Positions 1 to 16,942 of a stretch of 64,000 bases of DNA are shown here, piece after piece. Within the stretch, counting starts at the first letter, position 1; every line of letters starts with the position of its first letter. The position numbers and the translations under genes were made by a program. The notes beneath the pieces are model-generated. The model worked only from the letters and a program-made list of their open reading frames with translations. It made no database searches and was not told the origin of the DNA. The stretch lies in the NCBI GenBank assembly GCA_039621445.1, contig CP154954.1, positions 9,302,634 to 9,366,633 on the forward strand. Direction: 5' to 3'. The stretch comes from Euglena gracilis (lineage: Eukaryota).

Positions 1-58
1 AGATAAAATGGTCGCAAAGAGAGGACCATCCAAAAAAAGAACTCACCTCCGCCGGGGT

Positions 59-6275
<6,217 letters not shown>

Positions 6276-6281
6276 GGCGGC

Positions 6282-7012
6282 CCCAGCAGGCCCCGGCCCG
6301 TGTCGGGGGGGGGGGGGGACTCATACGTCAGAAACACTTGGCAATTGTGCTGTGATATCTCGGCTTTTGGTTTCACTCCGGCCAATGCAAGCAAGGAACC
6401 GGACATTCGGTCATCGGCTGCTTCCGGGTTTGACTGCCTGGCATTCCGGCGGATTCAGACGGGACGATTCGGTGGAAGCGCTTTTGCCATTTTGTGGCGT
6501 TCAAACAGTGAAGTTTGGGCACCCCCTCCACCCATCGACCGCCAGTGACAGGCATATCCTGCGTCCTACATGCTGAAAAAAGAACTTGCCAAAAATTTGA
6601 CCCAGATCCTATTGTATAAGCCCAAACTTCCCAAAAAGGGGGCCAAACACCCACCGACGAGGGGGAGGGCTTGGGGGGGGGGGCAACATCAGCTGGAAAA
6701 AAATGATTAAAACCCATATTTTAAAACCCATATTGTCCGGGCGCAAATCCGGGGGGGGGGCAAGGACCACAAAAGAGCAAATAAAGGCAATTAACTGGGG
6801 GTGAAAAATCGAGAAAAAAAATGAAAATGAAAAACAAGAAAGGGGGAAATGAAAAAAAAAAACTGCAAAATAATCCTGCGAAATGAGACCACCCCACACT
6901 AAAAGCTCAGAAGAGAAAAAAAAACACCTGGCCTCATCCAAAAGACCACCATCCAAAAAGCTGAAAGGTTTCGTGTGCCGGGGTTCTGGAGGTTCACAGC
7001 CGCAGCCTGTCC
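6282..7012 (-). other. Putative nonconventional intron in the 5' UTR of EHD copy A
   Basis: GGA-CAGGCTGCGGCTGTG...CACGGGCCGGGGCCTG-CTGGG, ending 6 nt before GCCGCC-ATG. There is no reading-frame check in a UTR. Confidence 0.4.
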
Positions 7013-8321
7013 CCAACTTCAGGCCCAAGCGAGCCGGTGGGACGCCGCGGCCCACGGTCTGTCGCCCACACTGCGATGAGCTGACGAGACATGGGGAAGA
7101 AATAATTTTCGGGGAAAGGAAATCCGAGTCTCAAAAAAAATATTGGTATCGGATGCGCACTTGAAGATACCAAATGCCACGTCCCCTCCTCCGGATAACT
7201 CGGATTATTGCAGACCTTTTCCCTCGTTCCTCCCGGGTGGGAATCATTCCAGGGGACTTTTGGGCGGTGAAGGGTGTGAAAAGGTGGCCGGGCGTTGCGG
7301 AAGGCAGGTGGGCTGAGAGGGCGCCGTTGGCTTGCCCAAAAAAAAACGTTTGGATGGCTTGCGTGCCCCCCGCGCCTCAGATTTGGGGCGGGAAACGGAC
7401 ATCGATGCCCCATTAGTTGTTGGCTGACCCAGACGTTTTATGAACCAGCGGTACTGTTGGAAAATAGCCCACTGAGGCGGATTGGTGGCCAATTGGGCGG
7501 CAGCACCCAGAATGGTGCCTGAACGGCGGGTGACCGCGTTGAAACCACGAAGTTTGGGTGTGCATCGCCCAATGGGTTGTTGACCATTGAGTGGCCGGCT
7601 GGAGAATTCCAGAAGGGGATGGCGCAGTTAAAAAAAAATAGCAATTTCTTTTGGGGACGCGCACGTGTATGAACCAAGTGCATGCCACTGGAAATGTGGT
7701 ACAATTACACACTTTCAATGTGTTCCCAATCCTAGGAAGCACCGGGAGGATCGCCACTTTGGGATCCAACAAACTTGAAAATTTGAACACAGGGGTGAAG
7801 GAAAATGGCCAAAATTGTATCGGGCACTTTTGGTCTTTGGCGCGCTTTGCCTCCCGGGGGGGGGGGGGGGCTCAGTCAGCCACACTGAATAAAAAAAACC
7901 TGACCCCTGGAGCCGTTCATGACCCCAAAAAAAAACGAGGTTCCACATCAGAACGACGAAAGGGAAGTGGAGCGGTTGTCTGTACGCAAGCTTATACAGC
8001 GGAGGCACAATTGGTCGACGGAGGCAGAGAACACTGCATAGAGTGAGTGGTCGAAGTCTCTTCACTAGTGGAGGCAGGGGGAGAGGGGCAGGGACTGCGT
8101 GATGTCGATGGGCATCAGTGATCAGGGCCACGTGAACGGAGCAGGGCCCCAAATGGAGGGGTGGGCGAACATCCAATCGCTGGACACGCCAACAAGGCAC
8201 TTGCTTTGAAGGAGAAAACAGCGTCCCCTGAGTCACACAGAGGAGTGCCCATTCAGGTCATCCACAATCCACTCTTGGACTGCTTGAAATGCACATTTTT
8301 TGATTGTGTCAAAGACACAAC

Positions 8322-8676
8322 CATACAATTGCTTAGCGACCCCCAGGGGGGGAGGGGGGGTCACTTTCCACTCCGAAAAAACCAGTCAGTCACTTTTTTC
8401 GGCCAAGCCAGTCAGTCACTTTACCCCCGGGGGGGGGGGGGTCGGCCACTCAGGAAAACCAGTCACTTTTTGGCCTTTCAAGGCCATTTTTGGCCAAAAT
8501 TTTCTCCGGCGCCTTCGGCACCGGTTGGCTACTCAGCCACTTTTGGGTGATTTCTGGCCTACCCCACCCCGGGGGGGGGGGGGGTCACGGCCAAAAAAAC
8601 CAGTCAGTCATTCTGAAAAAACCAGTCAGTCACCCCCCCGGGGGGTGGGGTGGGACAGGTGTTAAGCAATGGTCTG
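8322..8676. mobile_element. MITE (hAT-like, 8-bp TSD), present only in duplication copy A
   Basis: TIR CATACAATTGCTTAGC / GTTAAGCAATGGTCTG. TSD GACACAAC (8314-8321) / AACACAAC (8677-8684). The matching site in copy B (~22999-23006) is empty, with a single AACACAAC. Confidence 0.92.
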
Positions 8677-8931
8677 AACACAACCGTTGCGTGTTATGCA
8701 GATTGGCACTGTCCATTTCAGTGCATTACGCAGCCTGGCGGAGTCCAGAATATCCAATCACACCATAACTTGAACTTAAAAATGCCATTTTAATATCTTT
8801 GTCATTTTCTTCCACTTCATCTGGCGGAGTGTGACGATTTGGCTGGCACGTGTGGTTAAAATACCCACTTGTGGTGTAGTGAACAATTGAGAGGACCCAG
8901 GGACCAGATCCAAAACAGGCAAACGGTGCAT

Positions 8932-9118
<187 letters not shown>

Positions 9119-10550
9119 TTTGTAACGGTCTGCACCACACAGACAAGAGCGGTCGGGGACGAGGGTTGGCAGGGTCGTCACCCCTGACGATGCCCCACCT
9201 GCCAGCCTGGGGCGAAACCGCAACACAGACTGACAACACACGCGCCCACACCGACTGACAACACACTTCCCCCACAAGCACACACTCTCGGGTCGGCAAG
9301 GAGTTCCCCCCAAGGAGTTCCCCCAGCAACACCGATTCAGAAGAGAGAGAGAGAGGCATAAAACAACGACCAGCAACGTGGATGGGTGGGACTCCTTCCG
9401 AGCTATGAATTGATGAAATGGGCAGTTGAAGGCACACGTGGAGAGGCCAATGCACGTCCATCATCTTGCTAACTCTCTCCTGGGCGTCTTGTTTGCATCT
9501 CCTGCACCTGCTTCCTCTCAGAGGATCATGGTCTGAAATGGAGGGGGGGGGAGGCTTCCATATTCATAGTCACTTGTGTATGTATGTCTGCAGTATGGAC
9601 AAAAAAAAGGGGAGAGGGGCTTCTGTTTGAGCCAATGATCGAAAACCAAGGAGAGATTCTATTCGTTGGAAAGGAATGAGGCCACGGGAGTGCACTCGGA
9701 ACCCCCAACAAACCCACCCAAGTTATTTTCCCCAGTCCATCTGCTTCTGCCCAAAGTCTGCCTAGAGTAAGGAATGCGCCTTATCCCAACGATACAGTGC
9801 CAAGAGCTCAAATGCAACCTCCATGGAAGTGCATACATCGATGCAGCAACGTGAAAAATAATAGAAACCCCATGGGGGCTAGATTGTGGGAAGGCACAAA
9901 TAGTTCTCGATTGGGGGGTGTGAGCATCCACCGAGAAATGGAGAGTCCCCCCCCAGAAACAGGCAACAACCCCCATCTGCCTGCATACGAGGCGTGAAGG
10001 GGCCTATGGGTGGCTGCCTCCCACTCAAGCATTCAGTCCTTCACTCAATCACCATCCTTGCAGCTTGTGTTTGGACAAGTGAGCCACACCCACCCACCCC
10101 CCAGGCAAGTTGTGACCCCAAAAAATTGTCAAGTGCATTCCACCCACGTGACAATTTCCGCCTTTAAAAGGGAGGGTCGGAAATAATCCCTCCCCCCCAA
10201 ATAATACAACCCCAAGTATCCAAATTTTATGTACGTCACCCAGAAAAATTTAATCCCCCAAAAAACACTCCGGACGTTCTTCAAATCCCACTCGTATATA
10301 AAGCCAGCTGGCTTTAAATTTGGGGGCAAACGATTTGGTATTATTGGGGGGGGGGGGGTATCTGGACTGTGGTGCTACAGAGGTTCGACGTGGAGCGCTG
10401 GGGTGCGACCGAGCCCTCTGCAGGATGTTCTCCCCACCCTTCTTCGCCTCCTTCTCCAAATCCGCCATCTTGGGGAACTTCGACATGTGTACCTGCGGAC
10501 TGTCGAAGAACGCCTTGTACTGCGCCGCGCTGGGGAAATCCGCCGCCGTC

Positions 10551-10954
10551 CGCGGGGGGCCCCCTTTTGTGGGGAGGGCAAGGGAGACGGTAAGTGTTTG
10601 CAGCAGTGTTGGCGGGTTTTGCCGATTTTGACGTTTGAGAATAACCACGAGGTGAATCACCTTCCCTCACTATCAGGAGAGTTGTTTTTTTTTGGTGGGC
10701 ATCCGCGGCAAACCATTCATTTTGGGGTGCCAAAATGGCCGAGTTGTGGAGATTCTTTACCCCATACCTTGGTCAAAAAGGATGGTGTGGTTTCTATCAT
10801 TCAGTCAAGAAATGTTTGGTTGATGCGATGTTGATGCAAAATCAAATACATATAATGCAATTAGTTTCGGCACACAAAAAAAAACATGTTCCCACTGAGT
10901 GTTGCTTGACAAGAAGAGTGCGGTGAGCAGGGGGTGGCAAGAAAGGGTCCCTCC
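10551..10954 (-). other. Nonconventional intron 13 of EHD copy B (exact register uncertain)
   Basis: GGA-GGGACCCTTTCTTG...CAAAAGGGGGCCCC-CCGCG. The join gives KYKLTAADFP. Confidence 0.6.
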
Positions 10955-10998
10955 AGTTTGTACTTGGTGGCGACCTCCGAAAATATGGGATCCATATT

Positions 10999-11624
10999 GT
11001 CAGCGCAACCTGTCCGACTCGGGCAAGCGTATTCTGTGCCGCAATCCATAAAAAATGGCGGGTATCACGTCAATCCCACAGAAACAGGCGTTTCCCGTTT
11101 CGAAAATTGCTCTGCAAGAATCTCAATGTCATGAGTGAATGCTTCAACCTTCAAAGAAGAATCAATCTCCAAAATGTCTTCGACAGAAAAGCATGGGGAG
11201 TGTCATAATTCTGCGAGTGCACAGTTGAGCGACGTGGAAGATTATCTCATTGATCCCGTTTTTCTGATGAAATGTTAGGTGCAAAATGTGCCGTCCTCAC
11301 ACGGGGTGTTCATTCAGAGAAGAGTGCTTGACAGAACCTAAAAATTAGCGTTTTCCGACCTGCCAGCGCCCCGTTTTGGGCCCGAAACCCATTGAGTTTG
11401 GGTCAAAAAACGGGTCAAAAAAGGTCGAAAGAAATCGAAAAAAATTTTAAACTGCAATCTGCGTAATTTGTATGTCTTTTCGGCCTTCCATTATGTGCAA
11501 GACCCTTCAAGAGCTCAGCACTATTCAAAACCTGGTTGCCGCTGGGTGCCATACCATCATTAGCCTGCCCCCTCCAGCGTGAGGCACCGGCGAGCTTCCC
11601 ACGCAGCTCTGCCAGGCGGCGGGC
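10999..11624 (-). other. Nonconventional intron 12 of EHD copy B
   Basis: GCC-CGCCGCCTGGCAGA...TCGGACAGGTTGCG-CTGAC. The join gives KKMLANMDPIF. Confidence 0.72.
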
Positions 11625-11685
11625 GGCCAGCATCTTCTTCTTCGCGTCGCCCTTCCCGAAGAAGGCCGGGATCTTCTCCCGCATC

Positions 11686-13540
11686 GTTCCCAGGCTTCCA
11701 TTTCCATTTGGCCCCTGGGCGTTGAAGGTTCCCCTCCCCCTCCCCCCCACAATTCTTTACCGACCCCCGGGGGGGAGGGGGGTCACTCCACTCTTCGAAA
11801 AACCAGTCAGTCATTTTTTTGGGAAACCAGCAAGTCACTAACCCCCCCCCATTTAGAACGACCCCCCTCTGATAACGACCCCCCCCCCATTTATACCGAC
11901 CCATTCGGAGAATTCCACCAGTTTGAGAAATATAACGACCCATGTCGGGAAGCTGCATGCAAAGCGCGGAAAGACACATGAGCGTTCGTGCTGGGACGGG
12001 TTATTTGAAGTACGAGCGGATAGACCGCTGCTCAGAGGGTGCGGGGAGTGTGGGGAGAGGAGACATGCCTGCAAGGGACACAGAAAACTTCAGACACAAG
12101 GTCTCAATACCCCGACTTTGGGTAACTCCCCCCCATTTATAACGACCCCCCATTTATAACGACCCCCCATTTATAACGACCCCCTTTGGATTTTCCACCA
12201 ACTCAAAAGTCGGATAACGACGGGTCGTTATCAATGGGGGGGGTTTACCCTCCCGGGGGGGGGGGGGGGCGTCCACTCTGGAATCCAAAAATTTGACCAA
12301 CAACATGCAAAAAAGGCAAAAAAAATTACACTTTAGTGGTTTTTTGCCGACCCCACCCCCCCGGGGGGGGAGGGGGTCCGGGCCAAAAACCAGTCACCCA
12401 CCCCTGGGGGGGAGGGGGGGGGGGTCGGCCAGTGACCAAGTGATTGCATGCTCCCCACTACCCGCAGTACCTCACCGTGACAAAATCACCCCCCCGTGAG
12501 TCACCCATGGTTCAATGAGCGGGCCCAAGCTTGGGCTGTCGGACCCCGGGTGTTTGCAGTTTGTTACCACCCAGGACACTGTCGAGTCAGGTCAGTGAGC
12601 AAAGCAAAGGACAGGTCTCTGACACCCCTCCCTATGAGGACAGGTCACTGAGCATGGAAGAACGAGACAGTCTGCGGGGGTCCGCGTCAGAGGAAAACTG
12701 TCCAAAAGTTAAAAGCCCCCACAGAAGTGTACACTTTTAACAGATTTGCGATCGGAAGCCTGAAAACAATGTTTTCAATTTATTTTATTTATTTATTTTA
12801 ACAAAAACATACATCAGGAGACTGGAAACAGCAGCAGCAACTGGCTGGGACACTGCTGGGTGGGGTGGGGCTGCGCTAGTGTGCACACACCATCACCACA
12901 ACACATGGGGCTAGAAGAGGCTATGGGGCTGGGGGTTGGGTATGACCCACAAATTTTTCAACTGTCCCATAATTTTGGCCCCTGATGTAGGATGAGATTT
13001 TCATCTTTCCCAAAGTCAAAATCTTCCCAATCAAAATTTCCCGGTAATGATAATATTGTCCCTGTTATTTTTCCTTCCTGCAACCCTATTCGGAGTGGTT
13101 GCCGATTTACAGATGGCGAGAAGCTGATTTACAGATGGCTGAAGGAAAGTTCTTTGTACTAGGAATGATGCTTTTCAGGGCTCGGTTTGGTCAATGAAAA
13201 AAATCCAAAATAAGACCCTCCAAATCCCCTTTCCATAAACAACAAAGAAGGAGGGGAATATGCAATTTGATTTTATGCATGATACAAAATCTTGAAAATT
13301 TGCATTGCATAATTTTATTTTTATTGCATTATGAAATTTTGCAAAAAAAACCATGCATTTTTTAGCATTTTTTGAACACTTCGCCTATCCGATCTTATTT
13401 GGGCAATCGCACAGGCAAACTGCTCTACGGCGAGACATCTGAAAGTTCACCTGACACTTCGGCCGAGATCAGAGACCCTGACAGTTTCTCGAGCGGTTCC
13501 CACAGCAATGGGGGGATGCAAAAAAAAAAGGAGGCTGGTC
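11686..13540 (-). other. Nonconventional intron 11 of EHD copy B
   Basis: GAC-CAGCCTCC...GGAAGCCTG-GGAAC. The join gives IVLTMREKIP. Confidence 0.82.
11838..12248. mobile_element. Element with ATAACGACCCCCC repeats and inverted ends, nested in a CCAGTCA-family element
   Basis: TAACCCCCCCCCATTTAGAACGACCC ... GGGTCGTTATCAATGGGGGGGGTTTA. Confidence 0.55.
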
Positions 13541-13613
13541 GTGAGCACGATGTGGGCGTGGATCTGGACGTCCAGCGCACGGCGCATCACGGCCGTGACC
13601 CGCTTGTCCAGGC

Positions 13614-14334
13614 GCTGGCAGGGCCGGTGGGCCGAAGCAACCGGGGCGAACCATATCGTTGCTAAGCGACCCCCCCCCCGGGGGGAGGGGGGCCACCTTC
13701 CACTCTGTAAAAGTCAGTCAATCACTTTTTCCCAAAAAGCCAGTCAGTCACTTTAACTTTACCCCACACGGGGGGATCGGCCACTTCTGAATGTGCTTAT
13801 GTTGGCAAGGCACTATTGCCAAAAAGCCTCAAATAAATTCCAAAAAAACCTTCGGCACCCGGCCAGCCACTTTCTCATTTTCGGGCCTACCCCACCCCCA
13901 GGGGGAGGGGGTCTTGGCCAGAAAACAAGTCAGTCACTCTGAAAAACCAATGTCAGGTCACCCCCCCCCAGGGGTGGGGTGGGACAGGTGTTAAGCAATG
14001 GTATGGGGCGAACACGCCAATCAATGTGCAAATGTGTCGCAGAACCGTATCAACACCGGAACTGTAAAACGAATTTTTTTGAATTGTAATTGACTTCATT
14101 TTCATGGTACAGCTTTCCATTTTCCAAATCCTCTGCAGAAGCATGCAGGTCAGAGGGCTCAAAACGAAGTTTAAAAAAAAACCTGCCATACAAATTTCTC
14201 CAGTCTGGTGAGCTCCATGACAACAGACATAGAAAGAAAGGTGGAATTGCGTATCAAAAAAAAACAATACGAAGCGATGAATGAAAGCGTATCTGCCAGA
14301 TCAAACCCCTCATGACTTCTGCACCTCCCTGGGA
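13614..14334 (-). other. Nonconventional intron 10 of EHD copy B
   Basis: TCC-CAGGGAGGTG...CACCGGCCCTG-CCAGC. The join gives VPLQCLDKRV. Confidence 0.8.
13652..14005. mobile_element. MITE, same family as 8322-8676, inside EHD intron 10
   Basis: TIR CATATCGTTGCTAAGC / GTTAAGCAATGGTATG. Perfect TSD GGGCGAAC at 13644-13651 and 14006-14013. Shares internal CCAGTCAGTCAC motifs. Confidence 0.92.
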
Positions 14335-14368
14335 ACTGAAGGGGCACCACCTCCAGCAAATCATACAT

Positions 14369-14680
14369 GCGCGCCGGAGGAGGTGAGCTGGTAAACTGCA
14401 CACCATTTTGCCGTGGTATACTTTTGTGGTGATTTTTGAATGGTTTGCTGGTGGTCATGACAAACATGGCAGTCACACAATTCTGTTTGCTGGGCTGGCT
14501 TTGGTCGCAGACAATGCACAATCGCTTGGGGGGAGAAATACCAAAATGAAATGAATCAAATGATATGTAGCGCTCGGGCAGCTGTGGCAGAAAGGTCCAT
14601 ACCGATGCAGATCCGAGCCAAAAGATAAAATGGTCGCAAAGAGAGGACCATCCAAAAAAAGAACTCACCTCCGCCGGGGT
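14369..14680 (-). other. Nonconventional intron 9 of EHD copy B
   Basis: ACC-CCGGCGGAGGTGAGTT...AGCTCACCTCCTCCGG-CGCGC, a 16-bp stem. The join gives KADLMYDLLE. Confidence 0.88.
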
Positions 14681-15154
14681 GAGGTCAGCCTTCTCCTCAT
14701 CAAAGAGTTCATTGTTCAGGGGGGTGCGGTAGGGCTTGTTCCAGAATGACGACACGGCGGCAGCGACTCTGGAAACCGCGGAGGCACGCAGAAACCTATG
14801 TCCTCGCAGCACACAAAAACAATGAAAATTTGCACTTAAGAGCAAGAACAAACTTTCACATGCATGGGTGCATGGACAACGACCCAGCCCCTGGTTTAAG
14901 TATCAGACACCCTCACCATGAGTCACCATTTGAAGGTCTCCTCACAGACACCCCTGGGGACTTCAAAGGGAATAAATATAAGACGCCCCTGGAAATATGA
15001 AGCAGAATTACAGCCGAAATGAAATTGCACAACGTGCACCAAACAACAGAGTTGAGAAAAGTTTTTTTATTGACCTCAAACTTTTGTAAGGTTTTTTTTA
15101 AAAAAGCACAACAGAACATACGGCAAATAGAAAAGATATAGGTAACAACAATCA

Positions 15155-15502
<348 letters not shown>

Positions 15503-16774
15503 TCAGTGACTGTGTGTGTGGACTGAAATAGGATGCCACAGTCGGCTCAGAAGCAAGAGAAGTATGCAGCAGCTGACTTTGGCTGTCGTCATCCCACCGG
15601 AAAGAAAGGAGAATCCTTTCGCGCGACTTGGCCGGAGCGGAAACAAAATCAGGAAGCGTCGCACGGGGGCTGGCCCTGGGGTTCACACGCGTCTGCCTTG
15701 TTGAGAACCATCCGGAGCTTGCTCTCAGCGTCAGGGGTTGTTGGTAGGTTTCGGAATGAAGCAGCAGAGAGCGGGGGGATTCTGTGCGGCGAGATTCCCA
15801 TGCACCAAAATGGCGCAGACAGCAACTTTTTTTTAAAAAAATTGCCGGGAAGGGATTCGGTCCCATGTAGCCTGCCACCGCAAAACTGGAAAACGTCCAA
15901 ACCCCGCTCCCCGTTCCAGCAGGGCGGAAGCACAAATGGAGACCCCCACGAGTGCGCCAGGCAAACTGCCGAGGAAGGAGGCCGGACCCAACAACGTCTG
16001 CCAGTGGCCCCGGAACTGCTGGAACATGTTCCGCAGCTCCACCCCTGGGAACAGGCCCGACAGTTCCCGAAACACAGCTTCCCACCAGACCCCTCCGCTT
16101 CGCTGATCTCCAGAACTTCTGAAATACCGACAGGGTCTGGCAAATACCATTGATCACCGACCTGTCACTTTCCACCAGCAAGTGGCTTTTCAAAAAACAG
16201 TCACCCACTTCCTCCCCCCCCCCCAGGAGGGTTGGTTGCTTTGAACACTCAGGAGGGGGGTTCAGAGCCAAAGCCAGACAGTCCCCTCGGGTGGGCTCGG
16301 GCATACCTTAAGAAATGGTATGGTCTGGCAGGGTTCAACATGGGGCACTAACTTGCTTATTTGAAATGCAACCTCCCACAAAAGCCTCCCTGGCCAAGAT
16401 CTACCCACTCCCCCTGTGACAAGTTGGCATCCAAGATTGCGCCTGCCAACATGGGTGACAAACTGGCATACAAAGTGGTGGTTGAGGGCCGAAACAATTG
16501 TGGATGAGAGAGCATGGATGAACAGGCGAACCGATGTAAACTGTCCCACTGACAGGTTGGCTGGTACTGGGAACCCGGACGACTTCCTATCATGACAGGT
16601 TGGCCAGTGCCAAGGACCCTGAAAGTTCCCAGGCGGGACCCTGACGTTTTCCCGACCCTGACAGGTTGGCTGGTACAAGGGACCCTAACAGTTTCCTGGA
16701 CGGGACCCTGACAGATTCTCAGGCATGACAGTTTCCCGGGGGGGGGGGGGGGGGGAATGAGCTAAAACTTTTTA

Positions 16775-16942
<168 letters not shown>

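Noticed and set aside
7000-7600. Spliced-leader acceptor, promoter or snRNA/tRNA gene upstream of EHD
   Set aside because: No recognisable RNA gene or unambiguous signal could be identified by eye.
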